From assembly GCF_006345805.1 (NCBI RefSeq), contig NC_043000.1, positions 121,954,001 through 122,018,000 of the forward strand: a DNA stretch of 64,000 bases. Reading direction: 5' to 3'. A program made the position numbers and the translations under genes. The notes under the pieces were generated by a model. The model had not been told where the DNA came from. It ran no database searches and saw only the letters and a list, made by a program, of their open reading frames with translations. This document shows positions 39,123-52,880 of this stretch, piece after piece. How positions within the stretch are numbered: position 1 is the first letter of the stretch; each line of letters begins with the position of its first letter. Source of the stretch: Octopus sinensis. Taxonomy: Eukaryota.

Positions 39123-41739
39123 TTAATGATGGGAGACTTCAACCTTCCCTGGGTTGACTGGTCTACAAACATTCTGCCGCCAGGTTCTTCTCTCTCAACC
39201 CCTGACAGGAAGGCAGTGGAATCGCTTCTTGACTTCATGGATGATTTCTTCCTGTCCCAACTGGTACTCCAACCAACGAGTTGTCATAAAAACGTCTTAG
39301 ACTTAATTTTCAGCAATCACACTGATACTATCCACAATATTGCAGTGGAGAAAACCCTACTCTCCGACCATGACATGGTTCTCTGTGATCTGAGATTTCA
39401 CTGGCCAAAATACAAAACAAATGTCATCCCTCCTGTTCATCCATTTGACACTATGCATTTCCACAATGCAAACTGGGAAGCGATCAATAATGATCTTGGA
39501 CAAGTCGATTGGTCCTTCACGCACACATACACACCCACTAACATCAAAACGTCCTGTCAGTCACTTGTAGACACCATTACGAACATATGTGCAAGACACA
39601 CCCCATTAAGATCTGCAAACAAATCTAAGTGTCGAATCCCTAGAAATAGAAAATCTCTCATCAATGAAATTAAAAGAATTAACAAAAAGATCAACAAGCT
39701 GAAATACTGTCAACAGCAACACACCAACCTGACTGCCATCTCGTCGCTAGAGATTAAAAAACATAAACTCCAAAACAACATGATGTCTATCATCAATAGT
39801 CAGCGAAGAGCTGAAGAGGCCTGGGCCATTGAGAAGATCAAACTCAATCCCAAAGTGTTCTTTTCCTTTGCAAAAAAACACAGAGTCACTGGTTCTACTG
39901 TTGGCCCTCTGATTGATGAAAATGGTACTCTTCAAGACAATGCCAAAACCATGGGAATGATATTGCAGAAACAATATTGCTCTGTTTTCAGCAATCCTGA
40001 TATGACTGATCTGGGCTGTATCAGTGATGTTACTCCCCAATACACTTTATCGGACATAACCTTTGGCGCTCCTGATGTCTTAGTAGCAATAAAGGAAATG
40101 AAGCATAATTCAGCAGTAGGTCCCGATAGGTTCCCTGCTTGTGTCTTGAAGATGTGTCAAAACCAACTTGCACCCCCTCTAGCCAATCTGTGGCGGAACT
40201 CACTGGATGCTGGATATATACCAGAAGACCTTCTATCCCAGTCTGTTGTCCCAGTTTTCAAAAAAGGAAACAAATCGCTTGCCGTGAATTACCGTCCAAT
40301 CTCACTCACCTCTTATATCATTAAGGTATTTGAGAGAGTGCTGAGATTGCGTATGACTCACTTCCTTGAGAGTCATAATATGCTGAACCCAACCAGCATG
40401 GATTCCGTAATGGGAGAGATTGCCTGACGCAGCTACTGCATCATTTTGATGACATTTTGAGAGCCTTGGGAGAGGGTTCCAACACTGATGTCATCTACCT
40501 TGATTTCAGCAAGGCCTTTGACAGGGTTGATCATAAGATCCTTCTGAGAAAGCTGTCCAATATTGGTGTCACTGGAAATCTGCTGCAGTGGATCAAGTGC
40601 TTCCTGTCTAACAGAACCCAACATGTTGTAGTCGAAGGAGTCAAATCCAGCCCAGCCAAAGTCAGCAGTGGTGTCCCACAAGGCACTGTGTTGGGCCCAC
40701 TTCTCTTCATCATCTACATAAATGATATTACTGACACCATCAACCACAGTAACATCAGAACCTTCGCTGATTATTCCAAGCTCCAGAAGGTCATCAATGG
40801 CGTGGATGACCGAATAAACCTTCAGTCAGACCTACTGGCTGTTGTCCAATGGGGGGAAAAGAATAACAAGTTGCTAAATGAAGACAAATTCGAACTGATC
40901 CACTTTGGAAGGGAGGACGCTCTGAAACTCCCATACTCTCTTCCTTCTGGAGAAATTCTCATGGCATCCAACAACATCAGAGACTTGAGAGTAACAGTGG
41001 ACAACAACATAAGCTGGGCTACACATATAAGCAGCAAAGTTGACATGGTCCGCAGAATGTGTTCCTGGATTCTCAGAACCTTCCAGTCGAGAGATTCCCA
41101 CACTATTATCCTTCTCTTCTCCACATTTGCCCGACCCCACCTTGAATACTGCTGTCCACTGTGGTCTCCCTACACAAAACAAAATATTATGAGAATTGAA
41201 GCTCCCCAAATGTCAATCACAAAAAAGATAGATGGCATGTCAGACCTTGACTACTGGGGTAGACTAGAGAAGCTGAAAATTGTATTCACTCCAACGACGC
41301 CGTGAACGCTACATTATCTGTATGATGTGGAAAATATTCCATCAGCACTGTCCGAATGATGTTGGCATCACCTTCAAAATACATCCAAGGCTTGGACCAC
41401 GTGCCATCTGTCCACAACAAAAATCTAAATCGCATCACGTAACGACAATACGGCACAACTATTTCACCTCAATTGGACCCGCTCTCTTCAACGTTACACC
41501 AGGACACGTCAAAAAAGAAACTGACCACACAAAATTCAAGAAGTCTTTGGACTAATTCCTACAAACAGACCCGGACAAACCACCCACACCCGGATATGTC
41601 TCCGCAAACAATAACTCTCTGCTCGAATGGGCCTTGGTGCCCAAATCCTGAATTGAAAGACTTCGCCAGGTGGTGCTATTAAGTTAGACATGTCCTGGGC
41701 CAATACTGGCCAGAACCTTTCTAAGTTATTCTAAGTAAG
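39123..41739 (+). mobile_element. 5'-truncated CR1-group LINE ORF2 pseudogene (APE C-terminus plus RT)
   Basis: GDFN, LDLIF, SDH (APE); GPD, NYRPISLTS, QHGFR, YLDFSKAFD, SGVPQGTVLGPLLF, FADY (catalytic D to Y); frameshifts near 40390 and 41278; premature TAA at 41553; hairpin plus tandem tail. Confidence 0.95.
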
Positions 41740-41742
41740 TTA

Positions 41743-41856
41743 TATGTATATATATATATATATTATATATGTATATATTATATACATATATGTATATATA
41801 TATATGTTATATATATATATATATGTGTATATATATATATATATGTATATAATATA

Positions 41857-41901
<45 letters not shown>

Positions 41902-41985
41902 TATATGTATATATATATATATGTATATGTATATATATATTATATGTATATATATATATATTATATATATATATATTTATATGTG

Positions 41986-42019
<34 letters not shown>

Positions 42020-42106
42020 TGTTATATATATATATATATATATGTGTGTATATATATATATGTATATATAATATATGTATATATATATTATATGTATATA
42101 TATATG

Positions 42107-42137
<31 letters not shown>

Positions 42138-42245
42138 GTATATATATATATATGTAATATATATATATTTATATGTGTATATATATATATGTACATATAT
42201 GTATATATATATAAATATATTTATATATATATATATACATATATG

Positions 42246-42290
<45 letters not shown>

Positions 42291-42315
42291 TGTATATATA
42301 TATATATATATATTA

Positions 42316-42359
<44 letters not shown>

Positions 42360-42364
42360 TTATA

Positions 42365-42402
<38 letters not shown>

Positions 42403-42544
42403 TATTTATATATATGTATATATATATATATATTATATATATATGCATATATATATATGTGTGTATATATATATGTATATATATATATATATATGTTATA
42501 TATATAATATGTATATAATATATGTATATATATATATGTATATA

Positions 42545-42592
<48 letters not shown>
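41743..42592. repeat. About 850-bp (TA)n-rich field 3' of the LINE
   Basis: Direct inspection. Confidence 0.95.
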
Positions 42593-42593
<1 letters not shown>

Positions 42594-42596
<3 letters not shown>

Positions 42597-42808
42597 TTAG
42601 AAGAAATGAGGTACTCAGAAAATCGGATGGTTTATAGTTACAGATATCTATTTATATATTACATTTCTTATATATATCATATAACTTAGATCATGTATTA
42701 GCGCTTTCTGATCTAAATTATATGATATATATAAAAAATGTAATATACAAATAGATATCTGCAAATATAAACCATCCGATTTTCTGAGTACCTAGTTTCT
42801 TCTAATAT
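42594..42808. repeat. Fold-back element, about 100-bp arms with a 15-nt loop, at the edge of (TA)n
   Basis: ATATTAGAAGAAATGAGGTACTCAGAAAATCGGATGGTTTATA...TTAGATCA / TGATCTAA...TATAAACCATCCGATTTTCTGAGTACCTAGTTTCTTCTAATAT. Confidence 0.9.
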
Positions 42809-43317
42809 ATAATACCTGTACATCATCTCCAAACCTTCCAATATATATATATATATATATCTATATACTGAATTTTAGGTAAATAATAATTCTTAGAATA
42901 GACGGTCAAGGCGACGCCTTCTGGGTTCGGCTGCTCTACATTCATAAGTGGCAAATAACCTGAAACTAGCCTGTAGGTGCCAGACCAGCAAGGAGAAGCG
43001 GCTGACCTACCCTTTACGAAGTTTATAATGGACACAGGCTCGTGTATCACATAGCTAGCTAAAGGCGATGGCCGCTTGGAGCTAATCAACGGCAACATTC
43101 GTCCTATTTTTCTGGACTGCCATGTTAGCTTCGCGATAACTATTAATATCCTGTGCCACTGGATATTATGAAAATACTGGTTAGTTACCTACACAAAGAA
43201 TACTCAACTGCAAGGTAACTATATAAAGTGTGGTTTATATATATTTCTTTATTTTGATAAGATAAGAAAATGATGAGGTAATTAATAAATTATTATTTAT
43301 TAAAAAATTAACAAACA

Positions 43318-43395
43318 TCCCTTACAGCTGTTTGAATTCAAGAAATTAATATATAAAATTTAAAATTAAATTAAACTTAGAATCTCGTCAGAGGT
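43318..43395 (-). ncRNA. Type I hammerhead-like motif (G12C variant) with long AT-rich stem II
   Basis: Minus strand CCT-CTGACGA-GATTCTAAG(AT-rich)CTTGAATT-CAAAC-AGCT-GTA-AGG; same stem III as the 1889 motif. Confidence 0.6.
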
Positions 43396-43419
43396 AGGGA
43401 GTGATTCAGGCGAAAGGAA

Positions 43420-43462
<43 letters not shown>

Positions 43463-44106
43463 GTACATGGTAAATGGGTGTCGAAGCGTGAGAAATAGGT
43501 GTACATTGCAGTGATTAAAAGATATTACACAGTGTATAGGTTATGACTCTCAGAATCACAACTGATTAGCCGTTCAGTAGTATAACGTACTTGGATATAT
43601 TAAAATGTTATTTCGATATTCTTAAATGTGATAAATAATAGTAAAATGGTTATACGTTTTCCATGGTAAAATACAATAAAATATGAATCCATAGCTATTC
43701 CAGTTATTTCAGAAAGAAATACGTTATGTATGTCATGTGCAAAGCTGCAAGACATACTTTGAAAATATAGTAATTGCATACACAAGCGTAAGATGCCGAC
43801 ACACCATAATATAATAGAAGAAACCCAATGTAAGGAAAACTGAAGAAATATCTGTAATTGTACATAAATACATATATGCACACAGACACACACACACATA
43901 TATATATTTATATATATATATATGCGCGCGTGTGTGTGTGTGAGTGTTTGTGTGTGTGAGTTTGTGTGTATACATAGGCATGTATGTATATTTGTATATG
44001 TATGGATATTTGCAGATACGTGCGTCCATGTGGTTTATGTATGTATACACACACACACATATATATATACATATATATATGTACGTATATACACATATAT
44101 ATGTAC

Positions 44107-44232
<126 letters not shown>

Positions 44233-44770
44233 GTATATATTTACTCGAAAAATAAGAGGCGTATATATTTACTCACATATATACATATATATTTACTCAC
44301 ATATATATATGTGTACTCATATATATATATATATACATATATATGAATACCAATATTTAGTTATGAGTTTGCAAGTGTACACGGATGTGCGTATGTATAT
44401 GCACATATATTCTTGAAAAACTTCTTCATCTGGTTTGACATTGTAAGGTTTTCTGCGAGAGACAATGTTCAGGGAGAATCACAGTTTAGTTTTGAATTTC
44501 CGGATTTCTACGTATTCAATGCACCATGCAACTTATTATCTCTAGGCATTCTTAACTTTTTGTTCTATAGAAAAGCTGCTTCTTTAAAACAGTTGTCTTT
44601 TGTTATAATGCTTTAAAAGAAGGCTGGTGTGTATGTGTGTATATATTTGAGTTCGTCTACATTCATATGTGTAACTATATACATATATTCATATGAGTCT
44701 TCATATATATTGTCACATATGCATGCATTTACATCTATCTCTCTAAATATCATTTAGCTAGCTAGCTAGC

Positions 44771-44771
<1 letters not shown>

Positions 44772-44845
<74 letters not shown>

Positions 44846-45055
44846 ATAGATAGGTAGGCAGGTAGGTAGGTAGGTAGGTAGGTAGGAAGATAGACAGACA
44901 GACAGATATGTAGGCAGGTGGGTAGGTATGTAGGTAAGTAGGTAGATAGGCAGGTAGATAGAGAGATAGATAGACATAGATCGATTGACATAGATAGATA
45001 GACATAGGTAGGTATACATAGATAGACAGACATATAGATAGATAGATAGATAGAT

Positions 45056-45100
<45 letters not shown>

Positions 45101-45102
45101 GA
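44772..45102. repeat. (GATA)n/(GGTA)n compound microsatellite
   Basis: Direct inspection. Confidence 0.95.
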
Positions 45103-45119
45103 CAGACAGACAGACTAAC

Positions 45120-45400
45120 GCTGGAGATGTACTATGGTGTCAGCTGTTCACTACCAGTGAACTAAGGTAACGCCTCTTATTTTTCGAGTATCTTTCAGAG
45201 CGGTTCCAACCAGTGCTATTTTCTGCAAGTGCTCCACCCTTATTGCAGCCCCTATTTTTTCCACGTAATACTCGAGGTTTTTGCTCACCGTTCCCAGGGC
45301 TCCGACAAATGTTGGTACTACTGCAACCATTTTCATCAACCACAACTGCTTAACTTCGACGGACAAATATCCTTCAAATGTAAATAATCTACATAATTCA
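45120..45400 (-). mobile_element. R4/Dong-like element, C-terminal fragment
   Basis: VEVKQLW...VVPTFVGALGTVSKNLEYY...LQKIALVGTA parallels the C-terminus of the 27 kb copy. Confidence 0.75.
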
Positions 45401-45847
45401 TCATCTCTTAAATATAGAACTGGAAGAGTAATAATAATAATTAATACTATTATTGTTGTTGTTGATATTATTATACTAATAAACCATAATAATACTTATC
45501 AGGTATGATAACTAATATACTCATTGAAAATGCATATAAATGAAGTATTTTTAATAGATTTTGATATTCAAAGTATACAATGGAGCGATTAATATAATGG
45601 ATCAACAGTTTTGAGAATATTCTTTTAGAATCTGCATTGAATATTTTAGTGGATAAGCAACCAATTTAATGCCGTTCCACACAGTTTCCCTGTCATAAGT
45701 ACTATTTCACCTGTCCTGGATGATAACATGCAAAACGATAAAAGCACTCGAGGTCGATAACATAAGTGCAACCGCTGCTGTTTCGTTTAACTCGAGAGGA
45801 GACAACTTAAGTCACCCACATACTAGTTACAGAAAACTTTCATATAG

Positions 45848-46192
45848 GCGTAGGAGTGGATGTGTGGTTAGTAGCTTGCTTACCAGCCACATGGTTCCGG
45901 GTTCAGTTATACTGCGTGGCCACTTCGGCAAGTGTCTTCTACTGTAGCCCGTGTGTGTGTGTGTATGTGTGTGTGTGTGTGTGTTTGTGTGTCTGTGTTT
46001 GTCCCCCGAACATGGCTTGACAACCGATGCAGGTGTGTTTACGTTCCCGTAACCTCGTGGTACTGCAAAAGAAACCGATTGAATAAGTACTAGGCATACA
46101 AAGAATAAGTCCTGGGGTCGATTTGCTCGACTAAAGGCAGTGCTCCAGCATGGCCAAAGCCAATTTACTGAAGCAAGTAAAAGAGTAAGAGT
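45848..46192 (+). mobile_element. SINE B/D with deletion in the B half
   Basis: Head, (TG)n and D half present. Confidence 0.85.
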
Positions 46193-46489
46193 ATATGTGT
46201 ATATTACACAAAGTCTACACAATATTCGATAAATATATTTTACACGATGTTTATAACGACTCCATAAGTTGTCATAAAATTTCAGCAAATTTTGTCATTC
46301 TTTGAATTGTAAATATACACAATTACATCACTCGAATAAATTATATATTTACAGTCAACAACTTGTATTCTTTATAATTTCTGTCTCACATACATACACA
46401 CACACACACATATATATACATGCACAATTAAATAAACACACACATACACACATTTATTTTTATTATTTATGCGACCTTTTCAATCATAT

Positions 46490-46763
46490 CCAGACTCATG
46501 GGCCCGGTTTCCCGGTTTCTGTGGCATATGTGTTCCCCCCAGCTGGACGGGTCGCCAGTCCATCGCAGCGTTACTCAAGAAACAGGAAGAAAGAGTGTGA
46601 GAAAGTTGGGGCGAAATAGTACAAGAAGGGTCGCCACCACCCCTTGCCGGAGCTTTAGGTGTTTTCGCTCAATAAACACACACAACGCCCAGTCTGGGAA
46701 TCGAAACGGCGATCCTCCGACTGCGAGTCCGCTGCCCTAACCACTGGGCCATTGCACCTCCAC
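46490..46763 (-). mobile_element. SINE family C
   Basis: Head GGAGGTGCAATGGCCCAGTGGTTAGGG...GTTTCGATTCCC; tail GGGAAACCGGGCCCATGAG. Confidence 0.85.
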
Positions 46764-47104
46764 ACGCACATTGATAGTGATATATATATTTCAAATGATC
46801 TACAATTTGCGTTTGCAATTATTGCATCACTAATCCAGCATATATACGTCTTCGGAATATATAATCGAATTTTGTAAGCATAATATCTACACAAGATTAT
46901 GTGATTAGCAGCTACATTAGATTCTTCGAATTTATTATTTCCATCACACTGTAATGTATTCTGCATCGTCGTTACCAAGCAATCGAAAACTGAAAGCACT
47001 TCCTAGAAAGTTTACTAAGAGGAGGTCTATGCTCTCATACAAAGCTTTAATTTCTCAGACGATTACTTTAACAATTACACTAGCTACAACAAACACACAC
47101 TTTT

Positions 47105-47137
<33 letters not shown>

Positions 47138-47155
47138 TATACATACATAATTTTT

Positions 47156-47241
47156 TTCAGAATGAGATGAAACTCCAAGGCTGTGAAAGATTTTAGAACT
47201 CTAAAATCTTTCACAGCCTTGAATTTTTATCTCATTCTGAA
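47156..47241. repeat. Near-perfect 42-bp hairpin next to (TA)n
   Basis: TTCAGAATGAGATGAAACTCCAAGGCTGTGAAAGATTTTAGA-AC-TCTAAAATCTTTCACAGCCTTGAATTTTTATCTCATTCTGAA. Confidence 0.9.
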
Positions 47242-48384
47242 ATTTATATATATATATATATATACACATGCTGATATATGTCCGACGTTGGACTCCTTCG
47301 CATAATCACCGAAACTGGAGCTTAATTATAGTCTGTCCATAACACTTGTCAAGAATAGCCTTTCGCGGAATCAAGATAATCCCATATAACGTGCTCCTTA
47401 GTATACTAAACGTAACTACGTTATTAAACTAACGCAGTAATCCACGAACGATCAACGCTGTGACATGTTCTCTTTCTTTCTTTATTATAGCCACATATTT
47501 CTTTTAATCTTGCTGCTCTTTCGTTCTCCAGTAACACTGCGCTGTGACATGCTCACTGTTTCTTTATTAGCCACAAGGGCCCAACATAGAGGGGGACAAA
47601 CAAGAACAGACAGGACACCACATACTGGACAATACATAAAACGAATATGAATGGTATGATTATATAACAATGAAGTTATGAATACCATTAATTTGTTTTT
47701 ACTACAGTCCATTATTATTATGTATTTACATAACAATTACTTATCACGTTACATACCATTGCAAGTATTTGAACCGTTATAAACATTATCTACAATTGTT
47801 CTTCTATTTTTCAATATTTTTTAAACATAACATAAAACACTTAACTCTTTCTTTTTTTCCCTGTCAATTTAACATACATATTTCTTTTTAATAGTACTTC
47901 ATCAATGGTTCAATTTCTATTAAATGTGCTACTGGTGGCAATTCTTTGAATTCCACCTGTGACATGCTCGCTGACAATTCCGACAGTTTCTTATTGTATT
48001 GAAACAGGTCAGTCCACTGTTAGTGCCGTGGGTGTCGTCAGGATCCTTCCACAAAACATATATATGTAGATATATACATAGATACATAGAGAAGAGAGAG
48101 AATATCAGTTTGACATCCTCATTGTCGCCGTTTTCTTTCCATTCCTTTTTCAGTATACCACAAATATATCCTGTTTTTATTTGTTTAGGGAATTTCTACA
48201 CTTAGGTTCGAAATAAGTGTCCTTAGATTTAATCCGTGTACATATCGTGTGATCTTTTACGCCTACGACCATATGCGTCTCCTGGAAAGAAATATTGGAT
48301 GAAAATCAGGGTAAAAAATCCTGTTGATAGAATGATGAGTGTAGATACAGATATTGTACATCTACGCTCTATTATGCGACTTAA

Positions 48385-48612
48385 GTGGCGAGCTGGCAGA
48401 AACGTTAAGACGTCGGGCGAAATGCTTAGTCGTATTTCGTCTGCCGTTACGTTGTGAGTTCAAATTCTGCCGAGGTCGACTTTGCCTTTCATCCTGTTGG
48501 TGTCGATAAATTAAATACCAGTTACGCACTGGAGTCGATATAATCGACTTAATCCGTTTATCTGTCCTTGTTTGTCCCCTCTGTGTGTAGCCCCTTGTGG
48601 GTAGTAGAGAAA
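48385..48612 (+). mobile_element. SINE family A
   Basis: Full monomer. Confidence 0.9.
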
Positions 48613-49914
48613 TATCTATTATACGATTTATTTTTATTCCCCTTTCTCATTTCTCTCTCCCCTCTATCTTTCTTTTTCTCATAATGATTGTTTGTTTCTT
48701 TTAGAAATATATTGCTCAAACACTTTCCATTAAATCTAGGAAGATGTAAAATTAGAGCTATGATCAGGAATAGGATATTGCATGATAGGACAATTTTAAA
48801 GGGCTAAATGCTTTCTCTGATTTATTACAATTTATGGGTGAGGTAACTGCTTAGTCCGGTGAATTATATACCAGCACGTTGTTTAAAAATACTTTCGGGT
48901 ATAACATACACCTTGCACAAGTTCGTTTATGTTTCAATGATATTGCAAACCTAAACAGTATCAAACGTCTTTTGATACAATAGAATATATGCTAATTACT
49001 AATATATGTTAATTACAAAACATATAATGATGTGGAAATAATTATTTGATAATTCAAATTCACTTCAGATGAATAATATTTCAATTAAAGACAACAGAGA
49101 TTTATAGTGATATTTTAAATAGGGAAATGATTATTTCCAACTATAATCTCACGTGACTACGTCAAATATTTATTAATGAATAGTTTGTACCAATTATTAC
49201 ATTTTCAAAATTGAAACAACTCGTAATTATTGCATTCCGATCGATATCTGAGTCATTATTGATTACATACACCATAAAACTTTATAACGGTGATGGAGTT
49301 GATAATGAAAATTAATACTTCATTTTATATTATTGCCGAGAAATTATTAAGCTTATCTCATTATAATATAAACATCATTACATGTATATATGGATCGATG
49401 GATTGATGTCCTTTCCAATCGATTTTACGATGCAAGTATCGATAAATGTTCTAAATGAGCCTCTAGCTCCATTTTCTTTTGTTTTACCTCTGTTCTCCGA
49501 TTTTAGAACCTTTCTTCAGTCCAGGAATAATAGGTATTGATTTTTACACAATGTAGATACTCCAAGAGTATTGTGGAATGTTCATTTTCATTCCAAGTTT
49601 TATGATTGAGGTAAATCTTCATCAGAAAAGCAATTCGTGGCAGAGATAATTTGCATTTTATTAGATATGGACGTGCAATGTCCACAGAATTTCCAAGCTT
49701 TCCTAACGCATCGAGAAGGAAATACCAGATTAATTCCATGGGGATTTATGTTGAACCGTTAAAAGTCAGTTCTTAAGATGAGACGACTGAGAAGGAGATT
49801 AGTGTTGTAGATCACACAGAAAAGGAATTTAAGAGGCTCTTAGTTCAAAAAGTACGGATTTATCTATCAGCGGGGTAATAAAGCTTTTCATATTACTGTT
49901 ATATAAAAGTAGCG

Positions 49915-50146
49915 AATGCGGCGAGCTGGCAGAATCGTTAGCACGCCGGGCAAAATGCGTTGCCGTATTTCGTCTGACGTTATATTCTGAGTTCAAATTC
50001 CGCCGAGGTCGACTTTTCCTTTCATCCTTTCGGGGTCGATAAATAGAGTACCAGTTACGCACTGGGGTCGACGCAATTGACTTAATCCGTTTGTCTGTCC
50101 TTGTTTGTCCCCTCTGTGTTTAGCCCCTTGTGGGTAGTAAAGAAAT
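49915..50146 (+). mobile_element. SINE family A
   Basis: Full monomer. Confidence 0.9.
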
Positions 50147-50436
50147 ATATATAAAGGTAGTGTTGGACTAAATTTTAAATGGAATGAAATGCATTTAATT
50201 AAAAGAAGCAGAAACAGAGAGAAAAACCAGTGTCATTCGTATAATAGTAACTATAAATTATTATGATTATTAAGTATTTCTGTAATATAGAAAACAATAA
50301 ATTTGAGTTGCCAATTTGGTAAAAAAAACATGTTCATGTCTGAAATATTCTCTGAATTTGGAAATTAATTTCCATATTATTAAGGTATCTTTTGTAGAAA
50401 GCTCGCAGTAGCACATGTTGCTATTGAAGTAATGTA

Positions 50437-50645
50437 AGGCGGCGGGATCGCAAAATAGTTAACGTGCCGGGCAAAACTCTTACCGGTATTTCGTCCGTCT
50501 TTACATTCGAAGTTCAAAATCTACAAGGTTGATCCTGACTTTCATCGTCCCGCAATCGATAAAATAGCAAACAGTTGAACACTGGGGTCGAAGTAATTGC
50601 CGTATCCCCTTCCCCGAAAATTCTGTCCTTGAACCAAAATCTGAA
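50437..50645 (+). mobile_element. SINE family A variant, degenerate
   Basis: AAGGCGGCGGGATCGCAAAATAG...CACTGGGGTCGAAGTAAT. Confidence 0.65.
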
Positions 50646-52508
50646 ACTGCTATTTAACAAATGCAACATAACAGACTCGGCATATTAGGCATAAACTGGA
50701 ACGCCATATCACAATTTCAATATGTTTTTGGTGTTTGGGGAAAATCATAGGATTTAGGAATATATTCTGAAATGTCTTATTTATTATGCCCAATGCATAA
50801 TGCGTTCACAAAATTGTTTTGTGGGAACATATTATCAAAATAGGGCGCATTTTATCATAAAACGTATATTTGTTGCATACACTTTCCCAACAAATACATA
50901 AAATATTAAAAATGGCAATAAAAACGATTTTCCAATTCCAAATGGATAAACCGAAGATCAGTTCTCGTTGGAATCGAAATCAGATATAATAAAATAGCGA
51001 AAATCATTTGTACTGCCGCGTTTCTATTTTGTAGTGTGATTTTTATTACTCCTCAGAATGAATTCCTTATGGCGTTTTCTCTGAAGAGTAAATTGCACTA
51101 TTACAATCACTGTACTTGTTTTTATTCGAGGTTTATTGTTGCTTTATATTGTTCACTAAATTTACAGTACATAGTACATCCTGACTTATAATTTCATGTA
51201 GAATTCACTTTCTAGATTACGGTAAATGTTTGAAATTTTATGTGTGTTGCATACATCAGGGTAACATCTACTTGCCTATATTTAGTAACATTGTATCAGG
51301 TTATATTCTGTTTTCGTTCATTGCAATTATTTTGTTTTATTTCTTCACACAATAATAACGTGCTGTATCAATTTGTTGCTTTGAACATTCGTACGACTAG
51401 CTGCTATTCTGAAAATTAAAATTAAAATTATGCCCGATGTAACATGAGACCTAATTGATGCGCTGATTCGAGAAGATTATGTTTATTTCTTTTTCCAATG
51501 CATAAATTAAAAATCTACTTTAATCATTGAAACAGTATGTAGATTTGATTCTTGCCAATCGATGTCTGCTGTTTGATTTGACAAAACGTTTAATGAAGCG
51601 TATACAGCTGAATGTTTTTTGTCCATTATTAAAGTAAAGAAATGCTATTCTTCTCCAATAAACACAGAGGCGATCTTTCTCACATGTGTTCGGAGAGAAA
51701 TGATAATACATAACAGCTCCTTAGATTAGCGATGCAAAAACGTTTCATAGAAAAAAAAAGAAAATTGAATATGCTGAAAAATTAACGTTTAAGTATTTCA
51801 CTCAAATCGTGCCGCCTTTTATAACCTCTTCAAATGACATCACCTTGTAAATAATTATTTACAGCAAACATAATACTGAACCAATTTTTTTTATTTTCGG
51901 TTTTTCACTTTTTATTGTTGTTATATGAAAGAGAAATACTGAATAAAATAGTTTGACTGAAATAGGTTTTGAATTATTCATGTCAATAAATTTCTATTTC
52001 TTCAAGTGATTTAACCCAATTATGATCAGGTGACAGCTATTATCACCATTGTGCTTCTAGTTTTGTGAGATCGAATCAATAGAGAATAATAAACACATTG
52101 TTCAATTAAGGTGACAGAAATCAGGAATACATACAAATACCTAACCACAACAATAGCTTTGTTAATCACGCTCTCTATCATAGAAGCTAAATTCGCTGTC
52201 AGAAATGCCAAAGAATTTATATCTTGTCTTACTTAAGGGCTATCGATTGTATCTTTTATTGATTATATTTTTACAGGCAAATATATGATTTCAAACAATA
52301 TTTGCTTCATTCACTCTGAATGCCGTATTTCTAACCTCTAAGCAAATTAAGAATTAAATTGTAAATATAATAATTGTTACAGTAAATGTAACAAAATCAT
52401 AGCTCTTACAATGATTAAATAAAAGAAAAAGGAAGAGAACCGGAGAAAAAAATGTTGAATGGCCTATACCTATCATAGTAAAGGATCATTTAATATTTAC
52501 ACGTTCAT

Positions 52509-52880
52509 AAGGCGGCGAGCTGGTAGAATCGTTAGCACGGTGGGCGAAATGCTTAGCGGTATTTCGTCTGTCTTTACGATCTGAGTTCAAATTCGCCGAG
52601 GTCAACTTTGCCGTTCATACTTTCGGGGTCGATAAATTAAGTACCAGTTACGCACTGGGGTCGATATAATCGACTTAATCCGCTTGTCTGTCCTTGTTTG
52701 TTCTCCCTGTGTTTAGCCCGTTGTGGATAGTAAAGAAATAGATATTTCTTCTGCCGCTACGTTCTGAGTTCAAATTCCACCTAGGTCGACTTTGAGGAGA
52801 GGTTCTAATCAGTAATATCGACTTCAGTACTTGTTGTCTAGTATCTTATTTCATGGACCCCGAAAGGTTAAAAGGCGTAG
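52509..52880 (+). mobile_element. SINE family A monomer plus degenerate second unit
   Basis: Full monomer followed by TATTTCTTCTGCCGCTACGTTCTGAG... Confidence 0.85.

Noticed and set aside
40433-41209. Minus-strand ORFs of 100-111 aa
   Set aside because: Antisense shadows of the LINE RT coding region
48090-48275. Minus-strand acceptor followed by GDAYGRRRKRS (furin-like site)
   Set aside because: Stop six codons later and no linked upstream exon identified
49503-49739. 78-aa minus-strand ORF with protein-like composition
   Set aside because: No recognisable motif; in-frame stop just upstream; the nearby acceptor gives stops in all frames
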